From an uncultured Candidatus Peribacteria bacterium (lineage in GTDB: Bacteria > Patescibacteriota > Gracilibacteria > BD1-5 > UBA2023), in the NCBI GenBank assembly GCA_964518815.1, contig CAZFLS010000001.1, positions 1 through 49,068 of the forward strand: DNA of 49,068 bases, written 5' to 3'. The notes under the pieces are model-generated. The model was not told the DNA's origin, searched no databases, and saw only the letters and a list, made by a program, of their open reading frames with translations. Shown piece after piece: positions 20,958-31,955 of this stretch. Every line of letters begins with the position of its first letter. The first letter of the stretch is position 1. The position numbers and the translations under genes were made by a program.

Positions 20958-21317
20958 TTAAAAACATTGCATTAAAATCTCTTCCCTAATAACATCTTTT
21001 AAATCTATAATTGATTTATTTATATTTATATATTTAATATCATCTGGATTTGCTGTATCAAATTTTTCTTTAAATTCTCTTTCGATTTTTTCAATTTTAA
21101 TTTTTTTCTTATTTCATTCATACTCAACTTCTGTTTCAATTATATCAAAAATTACCATAATTCCATCATCAAGATTTACTAATTTTAATTTAAGATAAAG
21201 AGGACTTTTAAATATTAAATCTTCGTAAAATCAATCATATACTTCCCCATTAAACTCTAATTCTTGACTATCTCAAGGATAACTATTAAGTAAATTTCAA
21301 ACTGGTATTTCAAACAT
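20958..21317 (-). CDS. DUF177/YceD-like protein (weak call, 119 aa)
   Basis: Acidic protein ending ..NKSIIDLKDVIREEILMQCF, similar to the DUF177 C-terminal pattern (iDl..vreeillalP). Lacks the Cys motif of longer YceD proteins. Confidence 0.35.
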
Positions 21318-21527
21318 AAATAAAAATTAATATAAATTATAAAATAACTTAAAAATAGTATAACTTTTTTAAAAATAAAATCAAAATTATAAAAACATTT
21401 GGAATAATTTTAAATTAAATATACTTTTATTAAATAAAAATTTTTAATTTAATAAAAACTAACTGTTAACTTGTATCTTGTTACTTTTATACTAAAAACG
21501 CTTAATAATTTCTAATATATAAATTAT

Positions 21528-21568
21528 TAATTAGAAATTTTTACTTTTTACTTTTAAATTTTGACTTT
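21528..21568. repeat. left copy of an imperfect inverted repeat flanking the 21660..22841 gene
   Basis: TAATTAGAAATTTTTACTTTTTACTTTTAAATTTTGACTTT. The reverse complement of 22853-22894 reads TAATTAGAAATTTTTTACTTTTAACTTTTGACCTTTGACTTT. Confidence 0.45.
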
Positions 21569-21659
21569 ACCTTGTACTAGATAACTTAATGACTGGATGA
21601 CTTTGTACTAACGTATAACTAACTTATAACCTTTGACTTTTTATTTTTAACTTAACTTT

Positions 21660-22841
21660 ATGTTTTGTTTTATTCTTTGAAGACATTATCTACTTTCTTT
21701 AGCTGAAATATATAATATTTTTCCCAAATCAAAATTTATTGAAGTAACTAAATCTTTTTGTATTGTTAGCAATATTTTAAGAGAAGAGATTATTATCAAT
21801 TATCCGAAAATTTGATGAACAATAAAAATAATTGAAATATTAAATTCATCAAAAAATATAAAAGATTTTATGGATTTGACAAAAAATTATTTAGAAAATA
21901 TTGATAAAAATAAAGGTAAAATTAATTTTGCTATTGCTAGCTATTGAAAAAATATAGACAATTTTAAAACTTGATACCAGATAAAAAAATCTATAAAAAA
22001 TTTTTCTTTAAGATTGGTAAATAACTCAAAATTAAATATAAATAGTGCTACTTACAAAAAAGAAAAATTAGAGAAATTTGAAACTGAACTAAATTACATT
22101 GAAAATTGAGAAAAAATATATTTTTGAAAAACTGTTGTTTTTCAAGATGTAGACAAATATAGAGAAAGAGATATTAAAAAATTTAGAGATATGGAAGTTT
22201 GAATGATACCACCAAAATTAGCTCAAATAATGATAAATATTTCAGAAGCAAAATTTTGAATTTATGATCCTTTCGTATGACTTGGTACTATACCAATAGA
22301 AGCTATAAATTCATGATACAAAAATATTTTTTGAAGTGATATTTCTACTGAATTAACATTAAAAACAAAGAAAAATTTAAGAAGTTTTTTTGATAAAAAA
22401 ATTGATAATTTAAATACTTTAATTTTTCAAATGGATGCTTGTAATATAGATTCAAAGCTTCCAAAAGATGCTTATGATCAAATATTAAAATCAAGTATTG
22501 TTACAGAATGATTACTTTGAGAAGTAATGACAAAATGAAATATAACAATTGAAAAAATAGAAAAACAAAGGTATATATTAAAAAATCTATATGAAAAATT
22601 TTTTACATGATTAAAAAAAATTTGATTCAAATGAAATATTGTAATTTCTTTTCCTTTCTGGGATTTAAATTGAAAATATTTATATTTAAAGGAAATTTAT
22701 GAAATATTCAGAATTTTGGAAATTAAAATCCAAAAACTTCTTCCAGATTGAATTGAATTTAAAGAAACAAAAGAATGAAGTTTACTTTATAAAAGAGATG
22801 ATCAACAAGTGTGAAGAGAAATTTTTAAATTAAAATTTTAG
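21660..22841 (+). CDS. SAM-dependent RNA (guanine-N2)-methyltransferase-like protein (UPF0020/Trm11-type)
   Basis: GMIPPKLAQIMINISEAKFGIYDPFVGLGTIPIEAI..SDIS (DPFxGxGT SAM motif). 1182 nt in one frame with many TGA=Gly codons. Confidence 0.6.
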
Positions 22842-22852
22842 GATATTATATA

Positions 22853-22894
22853 AAAGTCAAAGGTCAAAAGTTAAAAGTAAAAAATTTCTAATTA
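22853..22894. repeat. right copy of the imperfect inverted repeat
   Basis: AAAGTCAAAGGTCAAAAGTTAAAAGTAAAAAATTTCTAATTA, inverted relative to 21528-21568. Confidence 0.45.
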
Positions 22895-23153
22895 CTAAAA
22901 ACAAGGAACTAAAACAATATTATTTATTGATTTTCTGAAGAAAATGGGGGTTTGGGGGTGAAATACTGTTTGAGCGATGATAAATAAAATTGAAGCAGAT
23001 GAAATATTGAAGTAGCGAGTTTATTTCACCATCAAAACTTTTGTTACTTTTAGTTATAAAAGTAAAATAAAATAAACTATATTAAATACCGAATTTTCAT
23101 TTTTAATAAGCTAAAAAGCAAACATTTTTATTTCGCTAAAACAAAAAGGACTT

Positions 23154-23711
23154 TTATTTATTGATATCTAAATCTTTTTTATAACATTTATATATAAAAG
23201 CTGGCGGAAAATTTATCGGTTCAAAAAATAATTCATGATTTCAAAATACTCACTTTACATCACTTAGATTCGACAAAAAGTATTGAAATTGAAGATATAT
23301 TCAATCTTTTTTAAGAACTTTGTATGATGCATTTAAAACTTTTAAACAAAATGTTTTTCCTAAACTACCAAATGGAAGTCAAGAAACAATGGCATCTACT
23401 TCCCCGTCTTTCATATAAGAATTTATATTTTCTGCTCAACCATGAATAATTTTAAGTCTTGGATCTTCAATTTTTTGTAATTCTTTTATAAATTCATCAT
23501 TAACTTCAAATATAGTTATTTTAGATTTTTTACTAGCTCTGGAAAGAATACTTTTTGTAAAATGTCATAATCATGGTCAATATTCTACGATATTAAGATC
23601 TTCTGAAAAATCAACATGTTTCAACATTGAGTTTATAAGTTTTGCAGAACTAGAAAAAAGACTTCAAGTTTTTTTTGTGTCTTTTATATAAGCTTTTATA
23701 AATCTTTTCAT
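23154..23711 (-). CDS. class I SAM-dependent methyltransferase
   Basis: VEYGPGLGHFT (motif I, Gly as TGA) and ..AIVSGLPFGSL. 185 aa. Confidence 0.55.
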
Positions 23712-23820
23712 ATAAATAAATTAATAGTTATAAAATTTTTAATTTTAAAAAAAGGAGTTTTATTGTCATTTCAAGTATTCCAATAATAAAGCAAAATAAC
23801 AACCATTTCAATTTTTGTTT

Positions 23821-24927
23821 TTATTCAAACATTTTTTCAAAAATACTCTTATTAATATTAATTCCTTTTTCTTCTGCAATCTTTTGATATAATTCTTTTT
23901 CTTTTTTTGAAATACGAGTTGGAGTTTTTAAAATAAGTTTTAAAAATAAATCTCATTTATAATCTGTATTTACATTTTTCACTCAATCTCATTTAAATTT
24001 CAAAATTTCTCAATATTGCGTACCAGGTTTTATTTCAACAATTCTATCTCATAAAACAGGTATTTTGATTTTCTTTTTTGTTCATAAAATTGCTTCTACT
24101 GGTTCTATATCAAAAGAATAATGTAAATCATCTCAATCTCTTTTTAATCATTCTAAATCAGAAGGAACTTTAAATACAATATACAAATCACCGGACTTAC
24201 CTTTTATCGATTCATTTCATTCTCATTTTAATTTAAGTGTCATTCCATCATCTACTCAAGCTGGAATTTCTACTTCTTTTTCTATTTTTTCATTAATTCT
24301 TTTTTCTCAGAAACAAGCACTACATTTTTGTTCTATTATAACTCATTCTCAATCACAAGCAGAACAATACTCTGTCTTTTCTACTACTCAAAAAAATGAT
24401 TGTACTCTTTTTTTTATATGTCCAGAACCATGACAAGTTGTACAAGTTTTCATTCAAGTTCATGGTTTATTTCAGGCTCATCAACATGTTTTACATACAA
24501 TTTTTCTTTCAAATTTAATAGTTTTTTTAATACCAAAAATTGCATCAGCAAAATTTAAATTTATTCTAAATTCCAAATTTTCTCAAGATTCATTTTTTCT
24601 CCTTTTTCAAGAGCCATATTCCGATCATCAAAAAAATGTTTCAAAAATTTCTGACAAATCAAAATCCATATTAAAACCCTGGTTGAATCCTTGATTAAAA
24701 CCTCACATTCAATCCATTGAACCATATCTATCATAATGAGCTCTTTTTTGACTATCAGATAAAATAGAATATGCTTCATTTACCTTTTTAAAATCTGCTT
24801 CTTTACTTTTATCTCAGCCATGTCTGTCTGGATGATGTTCCATAGCTTTTGCTCTATATGCTCTTTTTATTTCATCAGAAGTTGCATTTTTTGATATTCA
24901 CAATATGTCGTAATAATTTTCTGGCAT
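23821..24927 (-). CDS. dnaJ: molecular chaperone DnaJ
   Basis: J domain [35 protein letters not shown], a G/F region and four CxxCxGxG zinc-finger repeats ([32 protein letters not shown]). About 28 Gly are encoded by TGA. Confidence 0.92.
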
Positions 24928-25065
24928 GATATTTAAAAAAAATTAAAGTGTCTACATTTTATAAAAAAAATAGAAAAAAGCAATTAAATTAGGATCCTTT
25001 TTTTCTGTCTCACATATCAATTCAGAATTTGTTGCTTAATTAATTATTTTTTAGATATCAAAGAC

Positions 25066-25953
25066 TTAAATACTAGAAATAAAATTAAAGCAATATTTTT
25101 GGAGATTTGTAAGCAAAAACTTTTTATTATTATTTGATAATGTCCATCAATACTTAATCATGCAAGGTCAATCAAAATCATTAATTTTTAAATAACCTTT
25201 TTTAGCAAGACTATTTTTGATATACTCATCTATAAATTTTTTATCAATTTTCTTAACTAAATTAATTATTTTTTTATTAATTGAAAGATATATATAATCT
25301 TCAAAATCTCAAAATATTGTATCCATTCTATTATATGCCATTTTCTTGTATCTCAATATGTAGAAAATAAAATCATCAAACAAGTCTGATAATAAATTAA
25401 TAATAAATAAATTTTCTATAGAATGATCAAATATATATGCAAATTCAATATCATTTTTAATATTAATTTCAAAAAATTTCTTTATGTTAAATTTGTCTAC
25501 GTTTAACATTTTATCCGAATATATAGTATCTTCTTCTAGAATAATAATATTATTTTTCTTGTAATATTTGCCATGATAATTTTCAAGAGTTTCGTAATCA
25601 AGTTTTAACGTTTTATTGTAATTAAATGATTTTGAGTATAGCTTTTTTCAGATTTTATCAATTAAATCCAAATTAAAATCATATTCTTTCAATTCTTTTT
25701 TAATAACTTTATACTCATACTTAATCACCTCTTTTTTTACAGGAGTACAAATTTTATCTATGAAATAGTTTAGATTTTCTTTACTTATTTTATCAAATAC
25801 AAAATAAGTATAGTATGTGGATGTCCCTATTACATTATTTCAAAACACAAAAAAAGCTCTCTCATTTTCTGCATATCATGCACAATGTTCTGTTAAATGA
25901 GCATAAAATTGTGAATTATTTTGAATAGGAGTATATAAATATATATGGTGCAT
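25066..25953 (-). CDS. hypothetical protein with HxxEH (M16 peptidase-like) motif
   Basis: N-terminal FYAHLTEHCAGY resembles the inverted zinc motif HxxEH of M16 peptidases. The rest is unassignable. 295 aa. Confidence 0.35.
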
Positions 25954-25980
25954 GTAATTTATTTTTTAAAAGCAAATTAA

Positions 25981-26001
25981 GAAAGCCCTTGCAGGGCTTT
26001 C
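25981..26001 (-). terminator. hairpin terminator after the small basic protein gene
   Basis: GAAAGCCCT-TGC-AGGGCTTTC, perfect 9-bp GC-containing stem, 25 nt after the stop codon. Confidence 0.6.
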
Positions 26002-26025
26002 ATTTTTGAAAAGAATTAGAAAAAA

Positions 26026-26139
26026 TTATTTATTACCACCTCTTCCTTGTCCTTTCCCGCCACCTTTTTGAGTCTTTCTGGTATGCGTACCACTTTTTTG
26101 TTTTTGTTTACTTTGTCTAAGACTTTTGTGTTTTGCCAT
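26026..26139 (-). CDS. 37-aa Lys/Gly-rich basic protein
   Basis: AAAGGAGG Shine-Dalgarno upstream of the ATG. Sequence MAKHKSLRQSKQKQKSGTHTRKTQKGGGKGQGRGGNK, stop TAA, terminator downstream. All 8 Gly codons are GGN. Confidence 0.55.
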   Translation of the reverse strand: MAKHKSLRQSKQKQKSGTHTRKTQKGGGKGQGRGGNK

Positions 26140-26300
26140 TTGCAAATCCTCCTTTATGATTTAATTTATGTGGCATTTTAATTATATTAAAGTTATAATA
26201 AAATCAAATTTTTTTAAAATCTAAAAATATGATAGAAAAAAATTATTTTTTTATTTTTAACTTATAATTATAATAAACTTAATTTAATTTTAAAAACTTT

Positions 26301-27017
26301 ATGAATTTTATAGATTATCATAAAAAATTTAAACAAATTCTCAATATTAAAGAAAACCCAAATAAATATGAATTAGAGCTTTTTAAAAAAACTCAGAAAT
26401 ATGTTAGATTTATCTCATATATTCCTGGTTTAAAATTAGTATGAATTTGTAATAGTCTTTCAATGTATGCAACGAAAGAAAAATGATCTGATATTGATTT
26501 ATTTATTATTACAGAAAAAAATAAACTTTGGTTTGTAAGAATTTTTGCCACTTTTATTTTTCAAATTTTATGAGTTCGTCGCTATGGAAATAAAATAAAA
26601 GAAAGACTTTGTTTGTCATTTTTTATTACAGAAAATGCAATGGATTTTTCAAAAATAGCAATAGAAAATGATATTTATTTATTTTATTGGATTTATTATC
26701 TCAAACCAATTTTAAATAAAGATAATACTTACGAGCTTTTTATAAAAGCTAATAAATCAATGTGAATTGATTATAGTTCTTTGCACGAAGATAATTTGAA
26801 ATATATAAAAATACAAAAATGTGGAAATATAGAAAAAATTTTTTCACCTATTTTAGACTTATTTAATAACATTTTTAAGCGGATATTTCTAGCTAGAACC
26901 TTAAACAAAAAGAAGAATTTATCTAATTCTTCTGGAATTATAATTTCTGATGATATGTTGAAGTTTCATGATAATGATAAAAGAAAGGAAATTAGAGAGA
27001 AAATTTATAATTTATAA
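26301..27017 (+). CDS. nucleotidyltransferase-fold protein (hypothetical)
   Basis: GICNSLSMYATKEKGSDIDLFIIT resembles the GS..D.D NTase motif. ATG at 26301 is in frame with ORF-track fragment 26781..27017. Confidence 0.45.
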
Positions 27018-27166
27018 TAAAATTTTAAATATTTTAATACTAATTTTCTTTTCATTTTTTTTCAGAATAATTTTCTGGTAATTTTAAAAATTGGGATGAT
27101 GCAATTCTAAATTTTTCCAAAGTTTTTGTAGTTATAGCATTAATTCAATAATCTCAATCATCAGGG

Positions 27167-28093
27167 CTAATGTATAGGGATTCTGATATATTTTCTTTTT
27201 CATGTCATAGTCACCCCTGTTTCTGGATTTGATTTTTTTTCATCATAATTAGTAGAATTATTAATAAGTAAAATTTCATTGATTTTTTCTTTGAAACCTT
27301 TTGTAACTTCTTCTTTTGTCTTACAATTAAAAAAATTTCAGTAAGATAATCTATTATAATCACTCAAAACTTTCAAATAACAATCATAGGCTTTAATTTC
27401 TTTTTTTCAAGAAATTATTTCTTTCATATATTCATTAACCACAAGAAAAATAAGATTTGGCTCTGGAATAAGTACAATTCTAGGAAATTTTAATTCATAT
27501 GGATTTTTTAATCATAAAAAATCAGAAAAATCTTTACAACAAGTTTTATGTTTTGATCAATATTTTTTATCTAAAGTTTCTTCATTTTCTGCTGTAGAAA
27601 AGTCTATTGCTATGTATTGTTTATTTTGTTCAGTTTTATCTAAACACATAACATAATCTGCTCATGAATTTACATTGTCATGATAACTTGTGTCAAATAT
27701 ATGACAATTCTTAAATTCATTTAATGAACTAAAATAAGCACGTAACAATTCTCATACCACAATTTCTATAATCTGATTAAATAGAGCATTTACAGTATTA
27801 ATTTCATTAAAATATCAACTTAAATTTTCTTGTGATTTATAATTTTTTTCTTTGTTATTTTTATGATCTAAATAGAATTGTTTGATTCTTTCGGCTTTTA
27901 ATTTTTCACTATTATTTTTATTAATACGATCCAGAAATTCCTTTCTTCATGCAATAGAGTTAACCCAAAAAGTAATTTCAGTGTTTGGAATAATTTTTTC
28001 TGGAACTTTATCTATAAGATTTGCACTATCAAAAGGATTAAATTTATAAGAGTCTTTATCTGATCATAAATGTCAGATTTCTTGATTATGCAT
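27167..28093 (-). CDS. hypothetical protein (308 aa), immediately downstream of the toxin-like gene
   Basis: ATG at 28093 to TAG at 27167-27169, 927 nt in frame. No TM segments or motifs recognised. Confidence 0.45.
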
Positions 28094-28124
28094 ATTTGTT
28101 TTTGTTTTAAATATTATAATTAAA

Positions 28125-31058
28125 CTATTTTTTTAAAGCTAATTCAATATTTTCCTTAGCTTTTGAAGCAATGTTTGTAGCTTCTTTTTTATATTCTGGT
28201 GTTAATAAATCTTGTGTTACTTGATAAGTTGCAATTCATAATGATGAAAAAGTTAAGACTTTTCCTGCTCCTGAACCAATCTTTGCTGCAGTAAGTATTT
28301 TTTCTCACTTAGCACTTTGTCCTAATATAAATAATCCTTCTTTTATTTTTCATAACATTGTTCAATCTTTAGCTATATCAGCTACTTTAGTTGCGGTTTT
28401 TGTTCATTTAATTGAGTTCATTCAAACTCTTGCCCATTGAGATTGTCATAAGGTTACTAGTGATGCTGCATCAGCTAATGTACCAACTACTCAAAATCAA
28501 AACCTAATTCACCTGTCTACTCGTTTTAAATTTCTTCAAGCTAAATCTTGACCTGTAAATGCAGCTTTAAAATCAAGAATTTCACTTGTAATAGGTAATA
28601 ATCAAAATCAAAGCTCAGCGGCATCGTGTTTAAAATTATCTGTTCACCATGATTGTGCAACTGTATATGCTCAAAATCATAAAAATCCTACTTTTAGTCA
28701 AAGTTTACTTGTAGAATAAACTTTTCAAGCTACTGGAACTTTAGATAATCAAGTATCAATAATAACTCAAAGATGACTTAAATTACCAAATATTGCCTGT
28801 GACAACTTGTATCTAGTAGTATTGTCAAAAGAATGTTTATTATATAAACTTTCAATATTTTTTAAATGTGATTCTACTTTTAAAGCTTGTCCTTGGTTTT
28901 TTTTCAAAATTTCTTCATCAATAATTTTCATATCATTCAATGCATTATTTCTTATTATTCATTCTGCTGAATAATCGTTTTTTACAAAAACACCTTTAAT
29001 AGAATCAATAAATCATTCTTTTCCGTTTTTTCTAGCCTTTCTTATTTCTCTTTCTGCATTTTCTGCAATAATCCTTTTATCTCTCGTAAGCTTTTCAACA
29101 AGCTTATTATATGATTCAGCTTCAGTTCTTAATTTTTCTGTAACTCAGTTTAATTCTGCAATTTGTTTAGGGTTTTTAATTACTTCATTAAAATTAGTTC
29201 TATTAGTAACACTTTCTAAAACTTTCGGATTTTCTGTCATAAATTTGTTAAATAATTTGTCTCTTAAGACAGATTCTTTTGATGATAATTCCGTTTTTGA
29301 AATAAGAGCTTCAAGTTGAGTATATTCTTTTATAAGATCTTTATTTTTACCTATTCATAATCATTCTCTTTCTATTCATTCTATTCTCTGTCTTACTGAC
29401 CAACTAGTAAAATGTTTTCATATTTCAAATCTTTTGCCTTTTATCCAATAAAACAATATAGGTGCATCAAGACTCCAATGTAAGGAACCATCTGGTTTTG
29501 TTTCTTTATCCTTTCATCATTCTGTAGTCGCAACTGCTGCTCAAGTAGCCACTGCTCATACTTCTACTCAAGATGTTTCTTTTTTTCAATCTCAAGATTT
29601 TTCAACTTTTCAGTTATTAATTAATGTTCATGTAGAATCTGGAATAATTTTAATCAAAACATCTTCTACTAGTTCATCTCTTCAAAATTTCATTCATTTA
29701 GTTTTTTCTGCTAAATACTCTTTTACTGCTTTCTCATGTTCTTTTTTTACTGGATCTTCTTTTTCAATTCCAATTTTTTCCTTTACATAGCCCTTAAAAG
29801 AATCCCATACTCATCAAATACTAAAAGATGTATTTATATATTCATTTGCTTTACATTGAGAAATTGTTTTTATTAATGCAGGATCAATTTCTTTAGTTAA
29901 TCATTTGCTTTTCTGAATTTCAGCTCAAACTTGTTTTGTATATTCATCAGTTAATTTTGAAGTTTTCATTGAATCAACTCAAAAAATTAATACTTTTATT
30001 GCATCCCATATTTGAAATTTAGCAAATAATTCAAGTGCTTTTGTTAACCTGTTTTCATCAATATTAATATTTAAAGTATCTTTAAAAAATGTCTTTACTC
30101 ATTCAGATTCAAGAGCTTTTCAAAGTCAAAATATTCACAAAACTCATCCTAAAATCCATTTCCAAGCCGATCAGCCTGGTATTTTATCAAATATTTTTGA
30201 TAAAAATCATTCCTCCTTTTTTTCTGATCATTTTGAGTTATCTTCTCACCCAAAAATTCATGAAAATATTTTATATAACCCATAAGCTCAAAGTACGGCT
30301 CATCATACAGCTAAATAAGGATGTTCTTCTGCAAATTTCATTATTGGATTTTTATCAGAAATTTCTGAAGATTTTCATTCTTTTATTTTTTCTTTTATTT
30401 CTTGAATACTAGGAACGCTTTTTTTCGCACTTGATACAACATTATTTAATTTTTCATTTAAATAAATATAAATTGGTTTATCTTTATGATTACAAATTTC
30501 TTTCAATTTTTGTAGAACAATCTTATCTGTTTTATTTAAATTAAGTGTTGAAGAATTTATATTAGACAATTCCTCAAGATTTGTTATTTTTTTTCAGTTT
30601 ACAAGCGCATTATTGATTATTGCAAAAAGAGAAAATTTAAAAAGATTAAAGGCTTTTTTTTGACTTTCTATAGATTCTGTTGGTTTTATACTTAATATCT
30701 CTTTAATTTGTCACAAATGCTCCATATCTGCTATTTCTTTAGAACTTTTTTCAGAATCTAAGCCCTCTTTTAATTGATCTCTTTTTAATTTTGCTGTTGA
30801 TTTTGTTGAAGCTTTTACAGCTTCTTTAGTAATATTTAATTTTTCTTTAATTTTTTCCTTTATTTGTCTCTCAATTTCTTGAGTTTCAATTCAAGATTCA
30901 ATAAATTTTTTCAAATTATCTAATTCTTCTATGGTAAACTCTATTGTTTGTTTAATTTCAGGAATAGACAAAGTTCCGGAAAATCAGATCTTTTCCTTTA
31001 GTTCTTCAAGTGAAGATATTTTTATTTTTTCTAATCAATTTTTATTTTCTGATACCAT
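28125..31058 (-). CDS. 977-aa membrane-associated protein with pre-toxin-TG-like motif and Gly-zipper C-terminus
   Basis: 2934 nt in frame. Helical N-terminus and several hydrophobic Gly-rich segments. LLPITSEILDFKAAFTGQDLAGRNLKRVDRG (about 28505-28602) fits the PT-TG pattern P..TG.D..G..L...R. The C-terminus has AAKIGSGAGKVLTFSSLGIATY. Confidence 0.5.
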
Positions 31059-31088
31059 AAATTTCTTTATAATTTAATAAGTTTATTA

Positions 31089-31769
31089 TTATTGTGTAGT
31101 AGTCCATGACCTTATTCTTTCTAATTTTCTTACAAGTCATAATTTTTCTGCTACATCTGTGGTAACATCTCTATCAATAAATAATGTCTTTGCTCATTTT
31201 GATCAATGTAATTCTAGACCTTGAAAATTACTGGTTAAATCAGCTCACTGTAAGACTTCAATATATCAATCATTATCTTTTGCTTTTATTAATGCATGTG
31301 CTACTGCTAACTTACTTCATTTATTATTTTTATCTATTCTAAGAAAGTGTTTTTTTCAAGAAATATTTACAAGATAAAAATCAAACTCTTTATTATAGGC
31401 CAAAAATCTTTCTGGTATGATATTTCTAATTTCAGACTCTGTAATAGTAAAATCCATAAATCAAGTACGACCTGTTACTCCAATTTCTTTTGCGTTTTGT
31501 TTAGCAAAATATTTAGAATCAAGTTCTTTAAATCTCTTAATAATATCTCCAAAATCTTTAATTAATTTTTCTCTTTTTTTATAATCATCTCAATCAAGTG
31601 GTGCTTCTTGCCAAACTATTAACTTGCTTCTTAAAGATTCTAATTTAGTTTTTATTGTGTTATATAATCTCTCATACTCAAGATATGACATATTAGTTTT
31701 ATCTAAAGTTTTTATATTTGAAGCTAGATTTTTTGATTCTTGAGTATATTCATTAAAAAATTTATCCAT
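31089..31769 (-). CDS. hypothetical helical protein (226 aa)
   Basis: ATG at 31769 to TAA at 31089-31091, 681 nt in frame. Confidence 0.45.
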
Positions 31770-31789
31770 GTAATGCTTTTGATTAAAAA

Positions 31790-31942
31790 TTAAATTTTAT
31801 TTTTTATTCATTTTTTTAATTGTTTTCTTGTTACTTGAGAAGAAAATTTGGTCATATTTTTCTCAAAATTCTTACAAATCTCTTGAAAATCCAAAAGTGC
31901 TTTACAATTATCTTCTATTTCTTCATTATAAGTTTTTGTCAT
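31790..31942 (-). CDS. small helical protein (50 aa)
   Basis: MTKTYNEEIEDNCKALLDFQEICKNFEKNMTKFSSQVTRKQLKKGIKNKI. Same frame as ORF-track 31808..32005, read through its TGA. Confidence 0.35.
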
Positions 31943-31955
31943 AAAATAAATTAAA

